The notes under the pieces are model-generated. The model made no database searches. It had not been told where the DNA came from and was given only the letters and a program-made list of their open reading frames with translations. 64,000 bases of DNA from Mayamaea pseudoterrestris (lineage: Eukaryota): positions 186,001-250,000 of the forward strand of contig BROI01000033.1 of assembly GCA_027923505.1 (NCBI GenBank), written 5' to 3'. A program made the translations under genes and the position numbers. Of the stretch, positions 15,001 to 26,689 are shown piece by piece; positions within the stretch are counted from its first letter, which is position 1, and each line of letters starts with the position of its first letter.

Positions 15001-17294
15001 GCAGTCCGTTTTGCACCATTTCAGCCCATCCTCATGTCAATGGCACACCCTGGACATGTTTTGCCTGACTCATTGGGTTGTTGGGTGGCCAGGGCATGGG
15101 GCATTGTAGTGGTATGATTCCATAATTTGGGGTGTTGGCCACACCCATCTTGTAGACCATTCCATGCTGTAGGCCTCCAGGCAGTCCGTTTTGTACCATT
15201 TCAGACCATCCTCATGTCAATGGCACACCCTGGACATGTTTTGCATGACTCATTGGGTTGTTGGGTGATCAGGGGACGGGGCATTGTAGTGGTATGATTC
15301 CATAATTTGCGGTGTTGGCCACACCCATTTTGCAGATGGTGTAGGCCTCCAGGCAGTCCGTTTTGCACCATTTCAGCCCATCCTCATGTCAATGGCACAC
15401 CCTGGACATGTTTTGCCTGACTCATTGGGTAGTTGGGTGGCCAGGGCATGGGGCATTGTAGTGGTATGATTCCATAATTTGGGGTGTTGGCCACACCCAT
15501 CTTGTAGACCATTCCATGCTGTAGGCCTCCAGGCAGTCCATTTTGTACCATGTCAGACCATCCTCATGTCAATGGCACACCCTGGACATGTTATGCATGA
15601 CTCATTGGGTTGTTGGGTGATCAGGGGACGGGGCATTGTAGTGGTATGATTCCATAATTTGCGGTGTTGGCCACACCCATTTTGCAGATGGTGTAGGCCT
15701 CCAGGCAGTCCGTTTTGCACCATTTCAGCCCATCCTCATGTCAATGGCACACCCTGGACATGTTTTGCCTGACTCATTGGGTTGTTGGGTGGCCAGGGCA
15801 TGGGGCATTGTAGTGGTATGATTCCATAATTTGGGGTGTTGGCCACACCCATCTTGTAGACCATTCCATGCTGTAGGCCTCCAGGCAGTCCGTTTTGTAC
15901 CATGTCAGACCATCCTCATGTCAATGGCACACCCTGGACATGTTATGCATGACTCATTGGGTTGTTGGGTGATCAGGGGACGGGGCATTGTAGTGGTATG
16001 ATTCCATAATTTGTGGTGTTGGCCACACCCATTTTGCAGATGGTGTAGGCCTCCAGGCAGTCCGTTTTGCACCATTTCAGCCCATCCTCATGTCAATGGC
16101 ACACCCTGGACATGTTTTGCCTGACTCATTGGGTTGTTGGGTGGCCAGGGCATGGGGCATTGTAGTGGTATGATTCCATAATTTGGGGTGTTGGCCACAC
16201 CCATCTTGTAGACCATTCCATGCTGTAGGCCTCCAGGCAGTCCGTTTTGTACCATGTCAGACCATCCTCATGTCAATGGCACACCCTGGACATGTTTTGC
16301 ATGACTCATTGGGTTGTTGGGTGATCAGGGGACGGGGCATTGTAGTGGTATGATTCCATAATTTGCGGTGTTGGCCACACCCATTTTGCAGATGGTGTAG
16401 GCCTCCAGGCAGTCCGTTTTGCACCATTTCAGCCCATCCTCATGTCAATGGCTCACCCTGGACATGTTTTGCCTGACTCATTGGGTTGTTGGGTGGCCAG
16501 GGCATGGGGCATTGTAGTGGTATGATTCCATAATTTGGGGTGTTGGCCACACCCATCTTGTAGACCATTCCATGCTGTAGGCCTCCAGGCAGTCCGTTTT
16601 GTACCATGTCAGACCATCCTCATGTCAATGGCACACCCTGGACATGTTTTGCATGACTCATTGGGTCGTTGGGTGATCAGGGGACGGGGCATTGTAGTGG
16701 TATGATTCCATAATTTGCGGTGTTGGCCACACCCATTTTGCAGATGGTGTAGGCCTCCAGGCAGTCCGTTTTGCACCATTTCAGCCCATCCTCATGTCAA
16801 TGGCACACCCTGGACATGTTTTGCCTGACTCATTGGGTTGTTGGGTGGCCAGGGCATGGGGCATTGTAGTGGTATGATTCCATAATTTGGGGTGTTGGCC
16901 ACACCCATCTTGTAGACCATTCCATGCTGTAGGCCTCCAGGCAGTCCGTTTTGTACCATGTCGGACCATCCTCATGTCAATGGCACACCCTGGACATGTT
17001 TTGCATGACTCATTGGGTTGTTGGGTGATCAGGGGACGGGGCATTGTAGTGGTATGATTCCATAATTTGCGGTGTTGGCCACACCCATTTTGCAGATGGT
17101 GTAGGCCTCCAGGCAGTCCGTTTTGCACCATTTCAGCCCATCCTCATGTCAATGGCACACCCTGGACATGTTTTGCCTGACTCATTGGGTTGTTGGGTGG
17201 CCAGGGCATGGGGCATTGTAGTGGTATGATTCCATAATTTGGGGTGTTGGCCACACCCATCTTGTAGACCATTCCATGCTGTAGGCCTCCAGGC
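1..17294. repeat. Satellite array A: highly homogeneous 352-bp dimer (180-bp + 172-bp monomers), about 49 dimers; truncated by window start
   Basis: GGTGGCCAGGGCATGGGG recurs at 1, 353 and 1761 (5x352 later). The alternate monomer starts GGTGATCAGGGGACGGGG at 181 and lacks 8 bp (AGATGGTGTAGG vs AGACCATTCCATGCTGTAGG). Copies are nearly identical. Confidence 0.99.
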
Positions 17295-17486
17295 GATCCA
17301 TCTGTCACCCGGCTCCAACATAAGGATACCTTAATCCGGTACCTTGGCCGGCGATAATACTACGATGGGTGCTCACCGGTGCTGAGTCACACCATCGCAT
17401 ACTACATGACCCAAGACTGGAATGGGTGCAGCTGACCAAAGCATTGGCCCATCATGACAACAAACATGAATTGAGAAGGATGGAAG

Positions 17487-20400
17487 GGGTGGCCAGGGCC
17501 TGGGGCGTTTGACAGGTCAGAATCTACAACTTGTGGTGTTAGCCATACCCACAGTGGAGGCCATACCCATGGTGTCAGCCTCCAGGCAGTCCTTTTTGCA
17601 CCATTTGAGACTCTGCACCTGTCAATGGCATACCCTGGACATGTTTTTCCTGACTGATTGGGTATTTGGGTGGCCAGGGCATGAGACATTTGACAGGTCA
17701 GAATCTACAACTTGTGGTGTTGGCCATACCCACAGTGGAGGCCGTACCCATGGTGTCAGCCTCCAGGCAGTCATTTTTGCACCATTTGAGACTCTGCACC
17801 TGTCAATGGCATACCCTGAACATGTTTTGCATGACTCATTGGGTATTTGGGTGGCCAGGGCATGGGGCATTTGACAGGTCAGAATCTACAACTTGTGGTG
17901 TTGGCCATACCCACAGTGGAGGCCGTACCCATGGTGTCAGCCTCCAGGCAGTCCTTTTTGCACCATTTGAGACTCTGCACCTGTCAATGGCATACACTGG
18001 ACATGTTTTGCCTGACTTGTTGGGTATTTGGGTGGCCAGGGCATGGGGCATTTGACAGGTCAGAATCTTCAACTTGAGGTGTTGGCCATACCCACAGTGG
18101 AGGCCGTACCCATGGTGTCAGCCTCCAGGCAGTCCTTTTTGCACCATTTGAGACTCTGCACCTGTCAATGGCATACCCTGGACATGTTTTGCATGACTCA
18201 TTGGGTATTTGGGTGGCCAGGGCATGGGGCGTTTGACAGGGAAGAATCTACAACTTGTGGTGTTGGCCATACCCACAGTGAAGGCCGTACCCATGGTGTC
18301 ACCTCCAGGCAGTCCTTTTTGCACCATTTGAGACTCTGCACCTGTCAATGGCATACCCTAGACATGTTTTGCCTGACTCATTGGATATTTGGGTGGCCAG
18401 GGCATGGGGCATTTGACAGGTCAGAATCTTCAACTTGTGGTGTTGTTCATACCCACAGTGGAGGCAGGCCGTACCCATGGTGTCAGCCTCCAGGCAGTCC
18501 TTTTTGCACCATTTGAGACTCTGCACCCGTCAATGGCATACCCTGGACATGTTTTGCCTGACTCGTTGGGTGTTTGGGTGGCCATGGCATGGGGCATTTG
18601 ACAAATCAGAATCTCGACTTGTGGTGTTGGCCATACCCACAGTGGAGGCCGTACCCATGGTGTCAGCCTCCAGACAGTCCTTTATGCACCATTTGAGACT
18701 CTGCACCTGTCAATGGCATACCCTGGACATGTTTTGCCTGACTCATTGGGTATTTGGGTGGCCAGGGCATGAAGCGTTTGACAGGTCAGAATCTACAACT
18801 TGTGGTGTTGGCCATTCCCACAGTGGAGGCCGTACCCATGGTGTCAGCCTCCAGGCAGTCCCTTTTGCACCATTTGAGACTCTGCACCTGTCAATGGCAT
18901 ACCCTGGACATGTTTTGCCTGACTCATTGGGTATTTGGGATGTCAGGGCATGAAGCATTTGACAGGTCAGAATCTACAACTTGTGGTGTTGGCCATTCCC
19001 ACAGTGGAGGCCATACCCATGGTGTCAGCCTCCAGGCAGTCCCTTTTGCACCATTTGAGACTCTGCACCTGTCAATGGCATACCCTGGACATGGTTTGCC
19101 TGACTCATTGGGTATTTGGGTGGCCAGGGCATGAAGCGTTTGACAGGTCAGAATCTACTACTTGTGGTGTTGGCCATACCCACAGTGGAGGCCATACCCA
19201 TGCTGTCAGCCTCCATTCAATCCTTTTTGCACCATTTGAGACTCTGCACCTGTCATTGGCATACCCTGGACATGTTTGCCTGACTCATTGGGTATTTGGG
19301 TGGCCAGGGCATGGGGCGTTTGACAGGTCAGAATCTACAACTTGTGGTGTTGGCCATACCCACAGTGGAGGCGGGCCGTACCCATGGTGTCAGCCTCCAG
19401 GCAGTCCTTTTTGCACCATTTGAGACTCTGCACCTGTCAATGGCATACCCTGGACATGTTTTGCCTGACTCATTGGGTATTTGGGTGGCAAGGACATGGG
19501 GCGTTTGACTGGTAAGAATCTACAACTTGTGATGTTGTTCATACCCACAGTGGAGGCGGGCCGTACCCATGGTGTCAGCCTCCAGGCAGTCCTTTTTGCA
19601 CCATTTGAGACTCTGCACCTGTCAATGGCATACCCTGGACATGTTTTGCCTGACTCATTGGGTATTTGGGTGGCCAGGGCATGGGGCGTTTGACAGGTCA
19701 GAATCTACAACTTGTGGTGTTGGCCATACCCACAGTGGAGGCCGTACCCATGGTGTCAGCCTCCAGGCAGTCCCTTTTGCACCATTTGAGACTCTGCACC
19801 TGTCAATGGCACACCCTGGACATGTGTTGCCTGACTCATTGGGTATTTGGGTGGCCAGGGCATGGGGCGTTTGACAGGTAAGAATCTACAACTTGTGGTG
19901 TTGGCCATACCCACAGTGGAGGCCATACCCATGGTGTCAGCCTCCAGGCAGTCCTTTTTGCACCATTTGAGACTCTACACCTGTCAATGGCATACCCTGG
20001 ACATGCTTTGCCTGACTCATTGGGTATTTGGGTGGCCAGGGCATGGGGCGTTTGACAGGTCAGAATCTACAACTTGTGGTGTTGGCCATACCCACAGTGG
20101 AGGCGGGCCGTACCCATGGTGTCAGCCTCCAGGCAGTCCTTTTTGCACCATTTGAGACTCTGCACCTGTCAATGGCATACCGTGGACATGTTTCGCCTGA
20201 CTCATTGGGTATTTGGGTGGCCAGGGCATGGGGCGTTTGACAGGTCAGAATCTACAACTTGTGGTGTTGGCCATACCCACAGTGGAGGTGGGCCGTACCC
20301 ATGGTGTCAGCCTCCAGGCAGTCCTTTTTGCACCATTTGAGACTCTGCACCTGTCAATGGCATACCCTGGACATGTTTTGCCTGACTCATTGGGTATTTG

Positions 20401-21699
20401 GGTGGCCAGGGCATGGGGCGTTTGACAGGTCAGAATCTACAACTTGTGGTGTTGGCCATACCCACAGTGGAGGCCATACCCATGGTGTCAGCCTCCAGGC
20501 AGTCCCTTTTGCACCATTTGAGACTCTGCACCTGTCAATGGCATACCGTGGACATGTGTTGCCTGACTCATTGGGTATTTGGGTGGCCAGGGCATGGGGC
20601 GTTTGACAGGTCAGAATCTACAACTTGTGGTGTTGGCCATACCCACAGTGGAGGCCATACCCATGGTGTCAGCCTCCAAGCAGTCCTTTATGCACCATTT
20701 AAGACTCTGCACCTGTCAATGGCATACCCTGGACATGTTTCGCCTGACGCATTGGGTATTTGGGTGGCCAGGGCATGGGGCGTTTGACAGGTCAGAATCT
20801 ACAATTTGTGGTGTTGGCCATACCCACAGTGGAGGCCGTACCCATGGTGTCAGCCTCCAGGCAGTCCTTTTTGCACCATTTGAGACTCTGCACCTGTCAA
20901 TGGCATACCCTAGACATGTTTTGCCTGACTCATTGGGTATTTGGGTGGCCAGGGCATGGGGCGTTTGACAGGTCAGAATCTACAACTTGTGGTGTTGGCC
21001 ATACCCACAGTGGAGGCCATACCCATGGTGTCAGCCTCCAGGCAGTCCCTTTTGCACCATTTGAGACTCTGCACCTGTAAATGGCATACCCTGGACATGT
21101 GTTGCCTGACTCATTGGGTATTTGGGTGGCCAGGGCATGGGGCGTTTGACAGGTAAGAATCTACAACTTGTGGTGTTGGCCATACCCACAGTGGAGGCCA
21201 TACCCATGGTGTCAGCCTCCAGGCAGTCCTTTTTGCACCATTTGAGACTCTACACCTGTCAATGGCATACCCTGGACATGCTTTGCCTGACTCATTGGGT
21301 ATTTGGGTGGCCAGGGCATGGGGCGTTTGACAGGTCAGAATCTACAACTTGTGGTGTTGGCCATACCCACAGTGGAGGCGGGCCGTACCCATGGTGTCAG
21401 CCTCCAGGCAGTCCTTTTTGCACCATTTGAGACTCTGCACCTGTCAATGGCATACCGTGGACATGTTTCGCCTGACTCATTGGGTATTTGGGTGGCCAGG
21501 GCATGGGGCGTTTGACAGGTCAGAATCTACAACTTGTGGTGTTGGCCATACCCACAGTGGAAGCCGTACCCATGGTGTCAGCCTCCAGTTTCTTTTTGCA
21601 CCATTTGTGACTCTGCACCTATCAATGGCATACCCTGAAATGTTTTGCCTGACTCATTGGGTATTTGGGTGGCCAGGGCATGGGGCATTTGACAGGTCA
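17487..21699. repeat. Satellite array B: 181-bp monomer (185-bp variants), about 23 copies, homologous to satellite A
   Basis: The ORF track recurs at 181/185-bp spacing. Shares CCTCCAGGCAGTC, TGTCAATGGCA.ACCCTGGACATGTTTTGCCTGACTCATTGGGT and GGGTGGCCAGGGCATGGGGC with A but differs in the TTTGACAGGTCAGAATCTACAACTTGT segment. Confidence 0.98.
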
Positions 21700-21700
21700 A

Positions 21701-24700
21701 TGACAACTTGTCACCAGTCTCAGCCCGCAGATGCGGTGACATTCAAATGCCCCTACAGCAAGCCCTGCAGGTGCCAAAAACACACCAGATTGGTGTCAAC
21801 ATCATAATTCAGGTAACGCTACAAGATGGTACGCTTGGCTGGTGTCTCGGGGGATGGCAATGTATTTGGTGACAACTTGTCACCAGTCTCAGCCCGCAGA
21901 TGCTGTGACATTCAGACGCCCCTACAGCAAGCCCTGTAGGTGCCCAAAATACACCAGAATGGTGCCAACATCATTATTCAGGCTGCGCTACAAGATGGTA
22001 GGCTTGGCTGGTGTCTCAGGGGATGGCAATGTATTCGGTGACAACTTGTCACCAGTCTCAGCCCGCAGATGCCGTAACATTCAGACACCCCTACAGCAAG
22101 CCCTGTAGGTGCCCAAAATACACCAGAATGGTTCCAACATCATTAATCAGGCTGCGCTACAAGATGGTACGCTTGGCTGGTGTCTCGGGGGATGGCAATG
22201 TATTTGGGGACAACTTGTCACCAGTCTCAGCCCGCAGATGCTGTAACATTCAGACGCCCCTACAGCAAGCCCTGTAGGTGCCCAAAATACACCAGAATGG
22301 TTCCAACATCATTATTCAGGCTGCGCTACAAGATGGTTGGCTTGGCTGGTGTCTCAGGGGATGGCAATGTATTTGGTGACAACTTGTCACCAGTCTTGGC
22401 CCGCAGATGCCGTGACATTCAAATGCCCCTACAGCAAGCCCTGTAGGTGCCCAAAATACACCAGAATTGCGCCAACATCATTATTCAGGCTGCACTACAA
22501 GATGGTAAGCTTGGCTGGTGTCTCAGGGGATCGCACTGTATTTGGTGACAACTTGTCACCAGTCTCAGCCCGCAGATGCCGTGACATTTAAACGCCCCTA
22601 CAGCAAGCCCTGTAGGTGCCCAAAATACACCAGAATGGTGCCAACATCATTATTCAGGCTGCGCTACCAGATTTTAGGCTTGGCTGGTGTCTCAGGGGAT
22701 GGCAATGTATTTGGTGACAACTTGTCACCAGTCTCAGCCCGCAGATGCCGTGACATCTAAACGCCCCTACAGCAAGCCCTGTAGGTGCCCAAAATACACC
22801 AGAATGGTGCCAACATCATTATATAGGCTGCGCTACAAAATGGTACGCTTGGCTGGTGTCTCAGGGGATGGCAATGTATTTGGTGACAACTTGTCACCAG
22901 TCTCAGCCCACAGATGCCATGACAATCAAACGCCCCTACAGCAAGCCCTGTAGGTGCCCAAAATACACCAGAATGGTGCCAACATCATTATTCAGGCTGC
23001 GCTACAAGATGGTAGGCTTGGCTGGTGTCTCAGGGGATGGCAATGTATTTGGTGACAACTTGTCACCAGTCTCAGCCCGCAGATGCCGTGACATTCAAAT
23101 GCCCCTACAGCAAGCCCTGTAGGTGCTAAAAACACACCAGATTGGTGTCAACATCATTATTCAGGTAGCGCTACAAGATGTTAGGCTTGGCTGGTGTCTT
23201 AGGGGATGGCAATGTATTTGGTGACAACTTGTCACCAGTCTCAGCCCGCAGATGCCGTGACATTCAAACGCCCCTACAGCAAGCCCTGTAGGTGCCCAAA
23301 ATACACCAGATTGGTGTCAACATCATTATACCGGCAGCGCTACAAGATGTTAGGCTTGGCTGGTGTCTCAGGGGATGGCAATGTATTTGGTGACAACTTG
23401 TCACCAGTCTCAGCCCTCAGATGCCGTGACATTCAAATGCCCCTACAGCAAGATCTGTAGGTGCCCAAAATACACTAGAATGGTGCCAACATCATTATTC
23501 AGGCTGCGCTACAAGATGGTAGGCATGGCTGGTGTCTCATGGGATGGCAATGGATTTGGTGACAACTTGTCACCAGACTCAGCCCACAGATGCCATGACA
23601 ATCGAACGCCCCTACAGCAAGCCCTGTAGGTGCCCAAAATACACCAGAATGGTGCCAACATCATTATTCAGGCTGCGCTACAAGATGGTAGGCTTGGCTG
23701 GTGTCTCAGGGGATGGCAATGTATTTGGTGACAACTTGTCACCAGTCTCAGCCCGCAGATGCCGTGACATTCAAACGCCCCTACAGCAAGCCCTGTAGGT
23801 GCCCAAAATACACCAGAATGGTGCCAACATCATTATTCAGGCTGCGCTACAAGATGGTAGGCTTGGCTGGTGTCTCAGGGGATGGCAATGTATTTGGTGA
23901 CAACTTGTCACCAGTCTCAGCCCGCAGATGCCATGACATTCAAACGCCCCTACAGCAAGCCCTGTAGGTGCCCAAAATACACCAGAATGGTGCCAACATC
24001 ATTATTCAGGCTGCGCTACAAGATGGTAGGCTTGGCTGGTGTCTCAGGGGATGGCAATGTATTTGGTGACAACTTGTCACCAGTCTCAGCCCGCAGATGC
24101 CGTGACATTCAAACGTCCCTACAGCAAGCCCTGTAGGTGCCCAAATTACTCCAGAATGGTGCCAACATCATTATTCAAGATGCGCTACAAGATGGTAGGC
24201 TTGGCTGGTGTCTCAGGGGATGGCAATGTATTTGGTGACAACTTGTCACCAGTCTCAGCCTGCAGATGCCATGACATTCAAACGCCCCAACAGCAAGCCC
24301 TGTAGGTGCCCAAACTACACCAGGATGGTGCCAACATCATTATTCAGGCTGCGCTACAAGATGGTAGGCTTGGCAGGTGTCTCATGGGATGGCAATGTAT
24401 TTTGACAACTTGTCACCAGTCTCAGCCTGCAGATGCCGTGACATTCAAACGCCCCTACAGCAAGCCCTGTAGGTGCCCAAATTACACCAGAATGGTGCCA
24501 ACATCATTATTCAGGCTGCGCTACAAGATGGTAGGCTTGGCTGGTGTCACAGGGGATGGCAATGTATTTGGTGACAACTTGTCACCAGTCTCAGCCCTCA
24601 GATGCCGTGACATTCAAATGCCCCTACAGCAAGCCCTGTAGGTGCTAAAAACACACCAGATTGGTGTCAACATCATTATTCAGGTAGCGCTACAAGATGT

Positions 24701-26658
24701 TAGGCTTGGCTGGTGTCTTAGGGGATGGCAATGTATTTGGTGACAACTTGTCACCAGTCTCAGCCCGCAGATGCCGTGACATTCAAACGCCCCTACAGCA
24801 AGCCCTGTAGGTGCCCAAAATACACCAGATTGGTGTCAACATCATTATTCAGGCAGCGCTACAAGATGTTAGGCTTGGCTGGTGTCTCAGGAGATGGCAA
24901 TGTATTTGGTGACAACTTGTCACCAGTCTCAGCCCGCAGATGCCGTGACATTCAAACGCCCCTACAGCAAGCCCTGTAGGTTCCCAAATAACACCAGAAT
25001 GGTGCCAACGTCATCATTCAGGCTGCGCTACAAGATGGTAGGCTTGGCTGGTGTCACAGGGGATGGCAATGTATTTGGTGACAACTTGTCACCAGTCTCA
25101 GCCCTCAGATGCCGTGACATTCAAATGCCCCTACAGCAAGCCCTGTAGGTGCCCAAAATACTCCAGAATTGTGCCAACATCCTTATTCAGGTAGTGCTAC
25201 AAGATGGTAGGCTTGGCTGGTGTCTCATGGGATGGCAATGTATTTGGTGACAACTTGTCACCAGTCTCAGCCCGCAGATGCCGTGACATTCAAACGCCAC
25301 TACAGCAAGCCCTGTAGGTTCCCAAATAACACCAGAATGGTGCCAACGTCATCATTCAGGCTGCGCTACAAGATGGTAGGCTTGGCTGGTGTCACAGGGG
25401 ATGGCAATGTATTTGGTGACAACTTGTCACCAGTCTCAGCCCTCAGATGCCGTGACATTCAAATGCCCCTACAGCAAGCCCTGTAGGTGCCCAAAATACA
25501 CCAGATTGGTGTCAACATCATTATTCAGGCAGCGCTACAAGATGTTAGGCTTGGCTGGTGTCTCAGGGGATGGCAATGTATTTGGTGACAACTTGTCACC
25601 AGTCTCAGCCCGCAGATGCCGTGACATTCAAACGCCCCTACAGCAAGCCCTGTAGGTGCCCAAAATACACCAGAATGGTGTCAACATCATTATTCAGGCT
25701 GCGCTACAAGATGGTAGGCTTGGCTGGTGTCTCAGGGGATGGCAATGTATTTGGTGACAACTTGTCACCAGTCTCAGCCCGCAGATGCCGTGACATTTAA
25801 ACGCCCCTACAGCAAGCCCTGTAGGTGCCCAAAATACACCAGAATGGTGCCAACATCATTATTCAGGCTGAGCTCCAAGATGGTAGGCTTGGCTGGTGTC
25901 TCAGGGGATGGCAATGTATTTGGTGACAACTTGTCACCAGTCTCAGCCCGCAGATGCCGTGACATTCAAACGTCCCCAAACCAGAGGCAAAGTCCTCTTG
26001 AGCTTGGCGTGCTTGGAGGTAAGTGCCCAAAACGCCCTACAGCAACTGGGTTGCCAACAGAATTGCATTACTCAGGCAGCGCTACAAGATGGTAGGCTTG
26101 GCTGGTGTCTCAGGGGATGGCAATGTATTTGGTGACAACTTGTCACCAGTCTCAGCCCGCAGATGCTGTGACATTCAAACACCCCTACAGCAAGACCTGT
26201 AGGTGCCCAAAATACACCAGAATGGTGCCAACATCCTTATTCAGGTAGTGCTACAAGATGGTAGGCTTGGCTGGTGTCTCATGGGATGGCAATGTATTGT
26301 CACCAGTCTCAGCCCGCAGATGCCGTGACATTCAAACGCCCCTACAGCAAGCCCTGTAGGTTCCCAAATAACACCAGAATGGTGCCAACGTCATCATTCA
26401 GGCTGCGCTACAAGATGGTAGGCTTGGCTGGTGTCACAGGGGATGGCAATGTATTTGGTGACAACTTGTCACCAGTCTCAAGATGGGCCTCGGCAGATGC
26501 CGGTGACATTCAAACGCCCCTACAGCAAGCCCTGTAGGTGCCCAAATTACACCAGAATGGTGCCAACATCATTATTCAGGCTGCGCTACAAGATGGTAGG
26601 CTTGGCTGGTGTCTCAGGGGATGGCAATGTATTTGGTGACAACTTGTCACCAGTCTCA
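21701..26658. repeat. Satellite array C: 169-bp monomer, about 29 copies
   Basis: The unit TGACAACTTGTCACCAGTCTCAGCCCGCAGATG... recurs every 169 bp (ORF starts 21842, 22011, 22180). Confidence 0.98.
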
Positions 26659-26689
26659 TCCCGCGATTTGGTGTTCCCTCGGTCAGTGG

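Noticed and set aside
25975..26075. Insertion within satellite C
   Set aside because: Contains scrambled C motifs (GTGCCCAAAA, CCCTACAGCAA) and has no TIR or TSD; probably a garbled monomer.
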